Shown: one piece after another, positions 1 to 12,660 of the stretch | How the letters are laid out: each line of letters begins with the position of its first letter | How positions within the stretch are numbered: position 1 is the stretch's first letter | Origin: Saprolegnia diclina VS20 | Lineage: Eukaryota | Direction: 5' to 3' | Assembly (NCBI RefSeq): GCF_000281045.1 | Contig: NW_008246105.1 | Coordinates: 219,762 to 283,761 of the forward strand | Length of the DNA stretch: 64,000 nt | Notes under the pieces: generated by a model | What the model saw: only the letters and a program-made list of their open reading frames with translations | The model's database searches: none | What the model was told of the DNA's origin: nothing | Program-made: the position numbers and the translations under genes

Positions 1-1453
1 AGAAATGAGATCTCTGGCGAATGGCACTGATTGGAGGAATGTTCCTGAATCGACCGAGCGCGTCGCCAAATTTGTGAGCTCCGACCAGATTGTCAGTGCA
101 GTTTGATCGCACCATGATAGGGGTTGTAGAACTTTTCCTGGTCGTCGCCCCGGTCAAAGGGTAATGTGTAGCCTTGCCTGAGTCACAGTGAGTCTATAGT
201 GTCAGCCCACATTGTGATGGCGGACTAGTTGGACTTATATCGTGAGCAGATCTCAGCCGTTCTCTCTTTTTTGGGTTGCTTCTCGCAACTCAGAAGGGCC
301 CCATGTGTGTTCACATGTATAATTTGTACATGTTCTTTGCCACCCCTATACACTCAGCTATACACTACTAGTAGGCAGGGCGAGGATAGCTAGCTAGTGA
401 ACCGTGATTCACATTTGATTTTATGTGACCATGACCGGATGACTGCCCATCAACACAAACTCATATAGGAACTAGAACTACTGCCTGCGGCACGGGTTCC
501 TGTACAGTCCCATCCCATTGGTCTTCGCGTAGGACGATCTACAACGATGAATCACAGCGCCTTGTCCCCGGCCCAGTGGTTCGAGAGCTGACTAGATATG
601 AATATCCAGTGCTCAACCACTGTATGTGGCATCAACTGCCACATTTTGCCACCAAAAGCAACTCTAACTCCAGCTCACGACGGGCTCCATATTCTACGAC
701 TCGTGCAGATATATGAACGAAGGGAAGGAGGAGTGGCTGAGGTCCCTTTTACAAAGCGAGTCGGTAGATCTGTCGCGTATTTCGCTCACTCGCGGCCACG
801 GCGCGCCGGGCGACTTCATAAGAGCAAAACGGCACCGCCGCCACGGCCCATCGAGCTAATGAAGACGAAGGAGAGTCTCTGCTTATGCAAACTCTTTGCC
901 ATGAAGATAACGCCAACTATTGTTCACCACTCATGTCCGGTCTCTGCTGTTCGGGTGCATGAATTGTAGCGGTCCCAGCGAGTTGCTGCCGCGGCTAACA
1001 CAGCTTCTACTGATGCGGGGACATTTGCTTCGACACCGATATCCAGCAGGAACTTGCGTGTGGTGTGCGAAACCGTACAACTTGTACGTGCACCTGACGA
1101 CACAGCAACGGCGACTCCAAGGGTCCCCAGAACCCATGCCCAGAACCGTCTATGTCCTGTTGCTAATGACATATCCACAACGTAGCGGAAGAGGCGTGGA
1201 CAGCCGAATGCATCGCTCGTAGCCTCAACCCAAGGGTATCGGACCCGCCTCCGACGTCGTCGGCAATGTTCCTACAACGTGCGCTTCTAAATTCAACCAA
1301 TCAGAGCGCCGCATGTTTGCGGTCCATGCCCTACCCCCGGGACGCAATCGTTGCATACAAACCGCTAGTCATTTTATCCGTACTGTATCCGGATGCCCCG
1401 ACCAAAGAGCAAAGTCACACATTCCGATTTGCGATCCTCGAGCCAGCAGCAGC

Positions 1454-4400
1454 ATGCGATCGATCCGCGTCTCCATCGACCGAGGCGGTACCTTCACCGA
1501 CGTCTACGCCGAGATGACGACGCCCAACGGTATCGACGTCAAGGTCATCAAGCTCCTCTCGGAAGACCCGGCCAACTACCCGGACGCGCCTCGGTACATG
1601 CGTGTACAGCCTCGTCCTGTGCTCATGGCGTGCGTCGTAGGGAGGGCATTCGCCGCATCTTGGAGCTCTTCACAGGCATCCCGCACCCGCGCGGTCTGCC
1701 CGTGGACACGTCGCGCCTCGAGTACATCCGCATGGGCACGACGGTCGCGACCAACGCGCTCTTGGAGCGCAACGGCGAGCGCACGGCGCTCATCATTACA
1801 AAGGGCTTCAAGGACCTCCTCTACATTGGCAACCAGTCGCGGCCCAAGATTTTCGACCTTGAGATCACAACGCCCGATGTAGGCTTGTCCGACATGCGTC
1901 GCACACGCTGATATCTCGTGTAGATGCTGTACGAAGACGTTGTCGAAGTCCACGAGCGCGTCCAGCTCGTGTACGGCAACGACCGTCAGGCGTCCGACAT
2001 CAAGGGCATCAGCGGCGACTACGTGCGCGTCCTCGAGCCGCCCAACGTCGCTGAACTCCGCCAGCAGCTGCAGGTGCGCCCACCAACGTCCCTTGACTGG
2101 TCTATGTACCATCTGCATTCTTTAGGCGCTTCGCACCAAGGGCATCAAGAGCATTGCGGTCGTGCTCACGCACTCGTATACGTTCCCTCGCCACGAGCAA
2201 GCCATCGGTGCGCTCGCCAAGGAGCTCGGGTTTACCCAGGTGCGTTCACCTTGCTTTGCTAACGCCTGGTATCAACGACAGAGTCTAGATTTCGCTCTCG
2301 TCTGAGATCATGCCCATGATCAAGATGGTGCCACGTGGCTTCACGTCCTGCGCGGACGCGTACTTGACGCCAGTCATCAAGGACTACCTCGCGTCGTTCT
2401 GTTCGGGCTTTGACGCCGGCCTCGCAAACGTCAAGATTAGCTTTATGCAGTCGGACGGCGGCCTCACGCCCATGTCGAGCTTCTGCGGCAACCGCGCCAT
2501 CTTGTCTGGCCCCGCGGGCGGTGTCGTCGGCTACGCGCGTACGACGCGCCCGCCCATGCACCACCAATCGCAGCAGTCGCTTCCGGGTATGATCCTTCAT
2601 CCTTGCGGCATCCATATATCATGCTCACGCGTACGATATTGTCATGTAGTCATTGGCTTTGACATGGGCGGCACGTCGACCGACGTCTCGCGCTACGACG
2701 GCACGTTCGACCACGTCTTTGAGAGCGTCACGGCCAACGTCCCGATCCGCGCGCCGCAGCTCGACATCCAAACGGTCGCGGCCGGCGGCGGCTCGCGCCT
2801 CTTTTACAAGAACAACATGTTTGTCGTCGGGCCCGAGAGCGTCCGCGCGCACCCGGGCCCGGTCTGCTACCGCAAGAACGGGTACCTCAGCGTCACGGAC
2901 GCCAACCTCGTCACGGGCCGGATCCTCCCCAAGTACTTTCCCCACATCTTTGGCCCACGTACGTTTTGCACGTCGATTGCATCAGCATGACAACTCATCG
3001 TGACATGTGCAGACGAGAACGAGCCGCTGGACCTCGACGGTGCGCGCAAGGCGTTCGACGCGCTCACGGCCGAGATCAATGCGAGCCAGAGCGTCCAATA
3101 CTCGGTCGAAGAAGTCGCGTCCGGCTTCCTCCGCGTCGCCAACGAAGCCATGTGTCGACCGATTCGCAACCTGACGCAGGTACTTCACCCACTCTTTGAT
3201 CTGAACGTCGATGACGAATAATGTAGATGCGCGGGTATGACATTAGCACCCACATCCTCGCGTGTTTCGGCGGCGCGGGTCCCCAGCACGCGTGCGCGAT
3301 CGCCAAGGCCCTCGGGTGCGTCGATGTGTTGGATGTGGTCGTCTTGACTGTACCGCGATGCTAGCATGACCAAGGTCTACGTTCAGCGCTACAGTGGCAT
3401 CCTCTCGGCGTATGGCCTCAGCCTCGCCGACAGCGTCATTGACAAGCAGCTGCCGGCGTCGTCGACGTACTCGGCTGCTTCCAAGGTACATTGTCCATCT
3501 TCTTGCTACGACATGGGACCCATCCTACGTACGTAGCCGAGTGTCGTGGCCAACCTGCTCGACCTTGCCAATGTTGTTCGCAGCGACCTCACGGGTGAGG
3601 GCTTTGATGAAGCGTACTGCGCGCTCGACTACTACCTCAACCTGCGCTACGAGGTAAGACGTTCTTAGCGTCGCGTTTCTGATGATGTCATCTAGGGCAC
3701 GGACACGGCGCTCATGACGCGCTGTCTTGTGACTGACCCAGCGGCGCCGATCACGCAATCGCTTGCGGGCTTTGACTTTGAAGCGGCGTTTTTGGAAAAG
3801 TACCAGCAAGAATTCGGCTTCCTCCTCAGCCAGCGCGCGATTCTCATTGACGACATTCGTGTGCGCGGCACCTTCTCGCCGCCGTCCAATCAGGCGAACG
3901 ATGACGCGCGGTCGTCGACGATCTCGGCGGCCATTGCGACACCGCATGCGACGACGCCGCTCTATTTCGACGACGCCAAGCTCTGGAAGGACGTGCCGGT
4001 CTACCGCCACAGCGACATGCTGGGCACGGCGACGCACCTTCTCGGGCCTGCGGTCATTATGCAGAACCAGGCGACTGTGGTCGTCGAGACCGACTGGCAC
4101 GCCGAGATCCTCCCGAACGGCGACCTCTACCTCTACCTTGGCGACGAGCAGTACGTCATGGCAGCTCCTTTTGAATTCGAGCTCAGTCGGCGATGCGTAG
4201 GCAGTCGGCCGACAATGAAGCGGATTTGCGCCACGTCCCCGTCGTCATGGACCCGATCCAGCTCTCGGTGTTTTCACACCGGTTCATGGGCATCGCCGAG
4301 CAGATGGGGCGGACGTTGGCGCGCACGTCGGTCTCGGTCAACATCAAGGAGCGCCTCGACTTTTCGTGCGCGCTTTTCGGGCCGGACGGCGGCCTCGTCG

Positions 4401-6086
4401 CCAACGCGCCGCACTTGCCCGTGCACCTCGGCGCCATGCAGCAAGCCGTGCGCTTCCAGGTATGTCTTTTTTGTTTCAACCTACAAAAATTGATAGATTG
4501 ATAGATGGAGTACTGGGGCGACAACATTCGCGAAGGCGACGTTCTCGTGTCCAACCACCCGCAGCTCGCGGGCGGGAGCCACCTTCCAGATATTACCGTC
4601 ATGACGCCCGTCTTTGAGCACGGCAAGATCGTCTTCTTCGTCGCGAGTCGCGGCCACCACGCCGACATTGGCGGGATTGCACCGGTACAACGCCCAGGGT
4701 TGCTCTGTACGAGCGCTTATGTATCGTCAACAGGGCTCGATGCCGCCGCTCTCCAAGTGCTTGGCGGAAGAAGGCGCGGCCATTGTCGCGTTCAAGCTCG
4801 TCGACGGCCGCGACGGCCAGTTCCAGGAGGCCGGCATCACCGACATTTTGCTGCAAAAGGGCAAAGTCGACAGCGTCGGGCGGCCCGCGATCGGCACGCG
4901 CAACCTCCGCGACAACCTCTCGGACCTCAAGGCGCAGGTCGCCGCCAACCAAAAGGGCGTCCACCTCATGCAGGACCTCATTCGCGAGTACACGCTCCGC
5001 GTTGTCACCGCCTACATGACGTTCATCCAAGTACTTGACCCTCTGACGATCGATAATGGCACTTACACGCTGCGTAGGAGACGGCCGAGCAGGCGGTGCG
5101 CACGATGCTGCACGAGTTCTCGCTGTCGCAGGGCCTCCCCGAGGTCGGCAGCGTCGCCGCCGAGGACTTTATGGACGATGGGACGCGTCTCGCGCTCAAA
5201 ATCACGATCGACCGCCGCACCGACAGCGCAATCTTTGACTTTACTGGCACGGGCGCCGAGGTCTTCGGCAACATCAACGCGCCGCCCGCCGTGACGTACT
5301 CGGCCATCATCTACTGCCTCCGCTGCCTCCTCGTACGTGCTGTGGCCATGCTGTGACCATGGTTTGACATGTAAATCGACTAGATTGGCGACGACCTGCC
5401 GCTCAACCAAGGCTGCTTGACGCCGATCCAAGTCATCTTCCCCAAGGACGGCAGCATCCTCAACCCGAGCTCGACGGCGGCCGTCGTCGGCGGCAACGTG
5501 CTCACGTCCCAGCGCGTGACGGACGTCATCTTCCTCGCGTTCAAAGCCGCCGCGGCGTCCCAAGGCTGCATGAACAACCTTACCTTTGGCTCGGACACGC
5601 TCGGCGGCTACTACGAGACGATCGCTGGTGGTGCCGGGGCCGGGCCGCACTGGCACGGCCGCAGCGGCGTGCACACGCACATGACCAACACGCGCATCAC
5701 GGACCCCGAGATCCTCGAGAAGCGCTACCCGGTCCTCCTCGAGTCATTTGGGCTGCGTCCGGTACCATTTTCTTTGGTACAAATTACAGTCTAACGCGGT
5801 GTAGGGTTCCGGTGGTCGCGGTCGCTTCAACGGCGGCGACGGTGTCGTGCGCGCACTCAAGTTCTTGGAGCCGATGACGGTGAGCATTCTCTCGGAGCGG
5901 CGCGCGTTCCAGCCGTACGGCCTGGAGGGCGGCGAGCCCGGAGCCCGCGGCCAGAACCTGTTGCAGTACCCGGACGGCCGCCAAGTCAACTTGGGCGGCA
6001 AGAACACGGTGCAAGTGACGCCGGGCGATGTGCTCACGATTCGGTCGCCCGGCGGTGGCGGCTACGGCCCCGTTGCGTCGACCTAG
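1454..6086 (+). CDS. OPLAH: 5-oxoprolinase (ATP-hydrolysing; hydantoinase A+B fusion), about 16 short introns
   Basis: Exons encode [80 protein letters not shown] and SPGGGGYG. First intron 1594-1640 (GT..AG). Confidence 0.95.
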
Positions 6087-7110
6087 CGGACGTCGTTCGT
6101 CGCCAAATGTATCTCGTTAGTGTCAGCTGTGTTGAATGCCTTTGTACAACAATTGGATTTGTGAACTTTGCAATCTCTTCATTGGGCAAAGCTGGCGGCC
6201 TCCCTGTACATGAATGTGAAATGCTAGTAGTCGATGGTCTTGAGGCTTGGAGTCCGAACCACCAGCCCAAGCCTTGGAGTGGTGGCCCCGAGGAAGCGAT
6301 GTGATACCGGAACCAGTCGTTGGAACCCGCAGCTTCAACGATCACCAACCACCTTGCCCGAGCGGATCCTGGATCGCTGATATCGGAGAACGAGAGCTTG
6401 GGATAGGATTTGAACCTAGCGTGGTTGCACTGGCGCCATTTCGACCTCTCCTACCTCAAATAGCCCGCAACTTCCACGACGACGCATAGGAGCGCGAAGT
6501 ATGCATGGAAAAGACTCTTACGCGTAGTTAGTATTGAGTATTTTATTTCCTATAACTCTGGTATGCATTGATCATCTACGCATCGCGTTATGGATCGCGA
6601 TAAGACCTTGGCCGTTAGGTGTTGCAAGCTCATAGGTAGCTGAACACACTATCGCTGCAGGCGAGCCGGCTTCCATCACAGGAGATGAACAAGACACCAG
6701 CCTTGATCCTCCCATGCGACCAAATGCCATTGCCGATCCTTTTAGCTCCCATTTCGGTACCCTTGGGCTGCGCCGAGTCGTGTAGACTCGGCCACAACAT
6801 GTCTATAAGCCCTTGTCGAGGAAGGTCACGCGACGGTTGACGCCACTCTGCAACGTGCGAGATGCAAGGACGCGGCGACAAATCTTGTCCAGCAAGTGGT
6901 AGCTAGCTGAACTGAACCTTTGACGGCCATCGGCTATGTGCAATGGTATCATGTGTCGTCTCATCCTCGACGGCCCCTAGACCAAGTGCTAAGAAACGCA
7001 AGTCGAAAGCGATAGAAGCAGATCGCTGCCGACCACTGACCTCATCCACAGTCGCGAATTCTAAGCTCATTTTTACGTCGCAAGCAACACGGCTAGCATC
7101 GTTTGTGCTT

Positions 7111-7127
7111 TCTCATTTTTCAATTCT
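7111..7127 (+). promoter_or_regulatory. Oomycete INR+FPR core promoter element upstream of the cysteine protease
   Basis: TCTCATTTTTCAATTCT fits the oomycete GCTCATTYBNNNWTTY consensus and ends 16 nt before ATG 7144. Confidence 0.6.
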
Positions 7128-7143
7128 CGAGCGCCTTGCCACG

Positions 7144-8184
7144 ATGAAGTCGATTCCGTGCCTCCTCCTCGCCGCGTCGGCCGCACACGGCTTCAGTCTT
7201 GCTGGCCCCGAAAAGGCCGAGGTCATGACCAAGCTCGCAGCATGGAAGTCGAGCCGGGCCGGGAAGAACGCGGCGGTCAACGGCTTTCTTCCGCCCAAGC
7301 CGGCGCACGGCAATGCCGAAGACGACGAGGTTGCTCGGTTTGCCACCACCCAAAAGATTGTTGACGAGCTCAACAAGCAGCACAAGGGCGCAGTCTTTTC
7401 GACCGACAACCAGTTTGCACTTTTGACGGAAGCTGAATTTGCGGCCTTTGTCAAAGGCGCGTTCACGCACGAGGCGCCGGTGCGCCAACTGCGCGCCGAC
7501 GACATTCAGCTGACGCTGACGCAAGCTCAACAAGAAGCCACGGCCATTGACTGGACGACCAACAAGTGCATGTCGGCCGTGCGCAACCAAGGCAGCTGTG
7601 GCTCATGCTGGGCATTCGCCGCTGTCGGCGCTGTCGAAGCTGCTCACTGCCTCGTGACTCAGTCGCTTTTTGACTTTTCCGAGCAGCAGCTCGTGAGCTG
7701 CGCGTCGAGTGCGGGCTACGGCTGCCAAGGCGGGTGGCCCAACAAGGCGCTGGATTACATTGCCCAGACCGGTCTCTGCACCGAGGCAGCTTTCCCGTAC
7801 GCCTCGGGTAGCACCAGCCAGAACGGCGTGTGCAAAACGTGCACAAAGACCAAGGCGCGCGTGGGCAAGGCGGTCAACATCAAAGGCGAGGGTGCGCTCC
7901 AAACTGCACTCGATAAGCAGCCCGTGACGGTGGTCGTCGAGGCCGGCAACAACGTGTGGCGCAACTACAAGAGCGGCGTCGTGCAGAGCTGCCCGGGTGC
8001 GCAGTCGGACCACGCGGTGATTGCTGTCGGCTACGGCTCCACGAACGGTGTGAACCACTTCAAGATCAAGAACTCGTGGGGCACAAGCTGGGGTGAAGCG
8101 GGCTACATCTACCTCAAGCGCGGCGTCGCTGGCAAGGGCATGTGCAACGTGGCCGAAGCACCAACGTACCCAAAAATGGCGTAG
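7144..8184 (+). CDS. Secreted papain-family (C1A) cysteine protease, intronless
   Basis: Signal peptide MKSIPCLLLAASAAHG, prodomain NQFALLT, catalytic QGSCGSCWAF, DHAV and KNSWG motifs. Confidence 0.93.
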   Translation: MKSIPCLLLAASAAHGFSLAGPEKAEVMTKLAAWKSSRAGKNAAVNGFLPPKPAHGNAEDDEVARFATTQKIVDELNKQHKGAVFSTDNQFALLTEAEFAAFVKGAFTHEAPVRQLRADDIQLTLTQAQQEATAIDWTTNKCMSAVRNQGSCGSCWAFAAVGAVEAAHCLVTQSLFDFSEQQLVSCASSAGYGCQGGWPNKALDYIAQTGLCTEAAFPYASGSTSQNGVCKTCTKTKARVGKAVNIKGEGALQTALDKQPVTVVVEAGNNVWRNYKSGVVQSCPGAQSDHAVIAVGYGSTNGVNHFKIKNSWGTSWGEAGYIYLKRGVAGKGMCNVAEAPTYPKMA

Positions 8185-8949
8185 CCGACGACGAGATAGC
8201 TTTAGCAAAAAACAAGTGCAAAAAGCATACAACATGGATATATTGGGGAAATTTTAGCGTCGTGCAAGTGGTTTGTGCTCGTTCGAGCCGGAAGTGCTGT
8301 GATGATTATGCCAATTCACACTTTTAACGCCCACGCGATATTAGACCAGTTTCCCGCGGATACCTCGTCCTAATCTATGGATTTGGTTGCGATTGGGTGG
8401 ATAGACAGACATGGGCGCGGTGCCGAGGTGCAGGAATACGAGGGCAGCATCACTGTAGCCGTCAGACTGGACCACGAACACGCGTCTACTCTTGTTTTCT
8501 TCAGTGCGCGTTGGGGGGACACACGGAGGTCTTGACAACCGTCAACGGTTTGCTGGGTGCTTCAAGAAAGGCCCGCAGCGCCGTCATCCTTCGTTGAACT
8601 TTGAAATAAGTTGACTGCATGCTTGGTATTTCGATAGTCTATGCTCGCGAGGCATGGTGGACATGGTGGCGGTGAGGCCGAGCTGCCTTGAAGGTACAGC
8701 CAGCAGACTCGAGTGCTGAGTGTGGGCGTTAGCTGTAGACGTTGATCTGGGCAAGATCCGTTGTCGCTGCCGTTGATTGGTTGATTAATCGGCCAATCGC
8801 TATCCGAATAAAAGTGCATCTATTTCCAGTTGAATTTCCGTGCTTCTTTTTATTCTATAACTTGATATCTGTATGTCCGAGTCGGTTGGCAGAATAAAAA
8901 AGCGTCGGCCTTACCCTGTTCTGTCCATTTCCATAAAATTCGCGTCGCC

Positions 8950-10314
8950 ATGATGATCCCGGAAGCGATCAAGGCCTTCCTCGCCGTGAAGCCGGCGCCG
9001 CCCGTCGACGAGGAGAAGGACTACGTCTTCGTCGGCGCCGAGAACCTCCATCTACCGCCGCCGCCGCCGGTGCTCTCAGCCTCGGGCACGGGCGTCGTCG
9101 CCATGAAGAAGCCGGTCATGCAGCCCATCGTCGAAGATATTCCCGATGCGGACGAAGCCATCCCATATATGCCTAGCCTCGGGTCGTCGACCGAGATCAA
9201 GAAGCTCGACGACTACAACGATACGATCAACACTGCACAGGCCTTCCTCGACTCACGCCTGCTCCAGTTTTCGACGTACAGCCTCATGGGCGGCATGACG
9301 GACTCGATGATGCTGCTGACGCCGCGCCAGAAGCAGCACGTGCAGCTTGTGACAGAAGACGAAGACTTTGTCATGCCATACTCGCACAAGAAGCACACAG
9401 TGGGCATGGGCTGGTCCAAGTGCCCGAGCTTGGACCGCGAGAGCCGCGAGTGCTTGCGCCAGCTCGAAGAGCACGGTGTGTCGTACGAGCCCCACGACAC
9501 GGCTTACAGCGTCAAGTACCTCGCGCCCGTCCTGCCGTTCGGCGACTGTCTCTTTCTCAGCATGGAGCAGCTCACGATCCACACGGAAGGCGTTGAGCAT
9601 TTGTCGCCGTCCCGCCTCCGCCATGAAGCCGCCAAGCACTTTTACATGCGGTACGCCGCGTCGACGCCGGACGAGAAGGCCAAGATGGACCAAACCATCC
9701 GCAATCTGTACCACCCAGACTTGCGAGGTGGGTGGGGCGTGAGCCCGACCCAAGCGCGCCGCTTTGTGGCGCCGCGCGCCGACAAGGACTGGCTCGTCGC
9801 GCGCATCTACGAGCTCCAAGACCGGGGGTACTCGTGGACGAAGGCGGCGGAAATGGTCTACTCGGAGCACGCGCAGCCCGTGCTCAACGTCGAAACGTAC
9901 TGCAAGTACATGTGCGTCGGCAGCGACTTTGACGCGAACGAGCACTTTCTCATCTGCATGACGTACTCGCGTCACGGCCTCGTCTCGATCGACAACGACC
10001 CGGACAACCGGCGGGTCGCGTGGGGCGACGACATTGTGCTCGAGTCGCTCGCAACGGCCTTCCAGCGGGATATCTTTGTCGTGCTCGTGGGCATGGGCCA
10101 AACGTTTTTCCTGCCGCACCGGCCACACGAGCTCGACCCGTCGCTCTCGCTCTCGCAGAGCCAGCGTCACACGGGCGAGAAGGGCCTCTCGCCGTGGTTC
10201 ATCCTCATGCGCATGACGGGCGGCGACCGCGGCGGCGACCACTACGAGCCCATGCATTGCCAGCGGCTCCGAGGCGACGGCTACGAGCAGTTTGGCACGA
10301 TCGGTGATTTGTAG
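8950..10314 (+). CDS. Hypothetical protein with OTU-like cysteine protease motifs, intronless
   Basis: 454-aa ORF with coding-type codon bias; GDCLF, WGDDIVLESLA and DHYEP occur in OTU order. Confidence 0.7.
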   Translation: MMIPEAIKAFLAVKPAPPVDEEKDYVFVGAENLHLPPPPPVLSASGTGVVAMKKPVMQPIVEDIPDADEAIPYMPSLGSSTEIKKLDDYNDTINTAQAFLDSRLLQFSTYSLMGGMTDSMMLLTPRQKQHVQLVTEDEDFVMPYSHKKHTVGMGWSKCPSLDRESRECLRQLEEHGVSYEPHDTAYSVKYLAPVLPFGDCLFLSMEQLTIHTEGVEHLSPSRLRHEAAKHFYMRYAASTPDEKAKMDQTIRNLYHPDLRGGWGVSPTQARRFVAPRADKDWLVARIYELQDRGYSWTKAAEMVYSEHAQPVLNVETYCKYMCVGSDFDANEHFLICMTYSRHGLVSIDNDPDNRRVAWGDDIVLESLATAFQRDIFVVLVGMGQTFFLPHRPHELDPSLSLSQSQRHTGEKGLSPWFILMRMTGGDRGGDHYEPMHCQRLRGDGYEQFGTIGDL

Positions 10315-10430
10315 ACGATAACGAAGAAGAGAGCCTGTATCTTAGCTAGATGGGCGTCCGTTGACATCAAACGACGAGTGGTCATTGTAGTTTATATGGT
10401 GACAATGGACGGTGGCGTACAGTCTTGTGT

Positions 10431-10838
10431 TTACTGGCCGATCGTGTTCAGGCTCTCCTCCCACTTGGCCATGTTGCCAGCGACCTTGGCCCACTCCTCA
10501 AACGTCTCGTCGGCGATCGACGGGATGACCGAGTTCGTCGAGGCCGGCGCCGTGACGGCTTCGACCTTGGGGGCTTCCTTCTTGCTGCTGGGGAACCACA
10601 GAGGCGCCGTGAGCACCGTGTAGATACCGAGCGTCGCCATGACGATCTACATATCGATGTGATGAGCGTCGACGCGCGAGCCGCATGGGAATCTATGTAC
10701 CTGGTAGTCCTCCGGGAGCTTCGAGCGGATGACCGCTTCGATGCCCGTCGGCGGGGGGCCCGAGTGGGCATGGCCCGCCATGCCGCGCGAGCCGGCCGGC
10801 TTCATCGCGCGAGTAACCTGCGTCAAACGACCCAACAT
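10431..10838 (-). CDS. Small single-TM protein with a mitochondrial-type presequence (1 intron, about 10647-10700)
   Basis: MLGRLTQVTRAMKPAGSRGMAGHAH presequence spliced to IVMATLGIYTVLTAPLWF (hydrophobic) ...WEESLNTIGQ*. Confidence 0.7.
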
Positions 10839-11434
10839 CTTCGTGATTTTCAACTGACTGTGGAATGGCTCCACCACCATAGAATTGACCAAATTACCTC
10901 TGAGAAGCAATAACTTTCTATCCAGACAGACCCGCGACAATGCATCTTCTATCCGGACGCAGTCGGTCACCGGCCGTGGCTAAATGCACCCCACCACCAG
11001 GTCAAGGTGGCGACCTCGCCGACGCGCTAGAGAACATGGTACTAGCATTGTTTGGCATACCAAAAGGCGCCAACGCATGCCACCACACGTGCTGCTTTGG
11101 AAGACACTGCGTCCGATATTGTCTGCACCGTCGACACACGCAGTCTGAGGCGAAAAGGCTCCCAAACCGCTTGAGTGGTCTCCATCAATGAAACTCAACG
11201 CTCTTGGCGCATAAGTACGCATTTGCCCAAAGGACCTTGTGCTCGTATAGCACCGTGAAGCTCTTCTCAAGGTGCATGCTGGGAACACGAGTCGGCAAGG
11301 AAGCACCCCGATTTCACTCCAGCTGTCTTTTCGATGGCCATACAAATCGCAAGATGCCAGTTGTCAACCGCACGTTTCACTCGCCGCTGCAGGCTAAAGG
11401 CACGCAACCCATACTGGGTGTTTTCAACTTTGCC

Positions 11435-12584
11435 ATGACGGACGCCCGCGTGCTCTCGATCCAATCCCACGTTGTCCATGGCTACGTGGGCAACCGCAGC
11501 GCCGTCTTCCCGCTGCAGCTCCTCGGCGTCGAGGTCGACGTTCTCAACACGGTACATGCCACGCGATCATGAGACGCTTGACGCTGCGTGCAGGTGCATC
11601 TGAGCAACCACACGGGCTACAAGAAGTTCCGCGGCCAGCGCATGGACGCAGCGCAGCTTGAAGAGGTGGTCTTGGGCCTCGAAGAGAACGACCTGCTCAA
11701 CTACTCGCACCTCTTGACGGGCTACATTGGCAGCCCCGGCCTGGCCCAAGCCATTGTCAACACGCTCACAAAGCTCCGTGCCAAGAACAAGGACACGTAC
11801 GCGGTCAACTTGCAGTGCTGCAGTCGATCTCATGCAGCGTCGTAGACTCTATGTGTGCGACCCGGTCATGGGCGATGAGAACAAGCTCTACGTGCCCCGC
11901 GAGCTCGGTCCGCGTCTTTGGCTTATCAATCTCGCTCACATCTGATACTTTCTTAGTCGACATCTACCGCGACCAGATCATTCCGCTGGCCGACATTGTG
12001 ACGCCCAACCAGGTACGACTTGGCTCGCTCTGTAACGAGATCTTAGCTGGTGGCGTAGTTTGAGTGCGAGCTCTTGACGGGTCTGCCCATGACGTGCGAC
12101 ACGGACGTCATCCAAGCGTGCCGCCACCTCCATGGCATGGGTCCCAAGATCGTCGTCATTAGCAGCTTCCTCACCAGCGACGATGCCGAGACGCTCTTCA
12201 TTTATGCCAGCGAGAAGATCTCAGGCACCGAATTCCAGCAGTTCAAGATGGAAATCCCGCGCCTGCAGGAGTACTACTCGGGCACGGGGGACCTCTTTGC
12301 TGCGCTACTCCTTGGCTGGCTCTCGAGACCCGATGTGGGCTTGAAGTCGGCCGTTGAAAACATCGTGGCGTCCATCCAAGCCGTGCTCAAGCGCACGTCG
12401 GCCGCGCAATCTGCGAACCGTACGACAAGTGCTGTCGTTCTGCGCTCAGCTCGTTTGTTTGTAGGCGAGCTCAAGCTCATTCAGAGCCGCCATGACCTCG
12501 AGTTTCCGACGGTATGTCGACAAGGGCATGGTGCAGCGAGCCACATCTGTATCGTAGGTGACGATCCATGCGACGGCGTTTTAG
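11435..12584 (+). CDS. PDXK: Pyridoxal kinase, multi-exon
   Basis: [49 protein letters not shown] and ELKLIQS motifs. Confidence 0.93.
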
Positions 12585-12660
12585 ACTCGATGCTGCGTCT
12601 GTGTCGTAGTACATTTGTAGCAAGAAGATCCAATACGTGTACTGCTCAGGATGAACCATC

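Noticed and set aside
544..592. Possible C/D snoRNA (ACGATGA...CTGA)
   Set aside because: Weak C box and no convincing rRNA-complementary guide.
1454..6086. Fragmented ORFs as a pseudogene or programmed frameshifts
   Set aside because: The breaks I traced coincide with short GT-AG introns that restore the frame.
6943..7143. Upstream in-frame extensions in the ORF track (also 20881, 32181, 48566)
   Set aside because: Promoter elements, targeting peptides or family N-termini favour the downstream ATGs.
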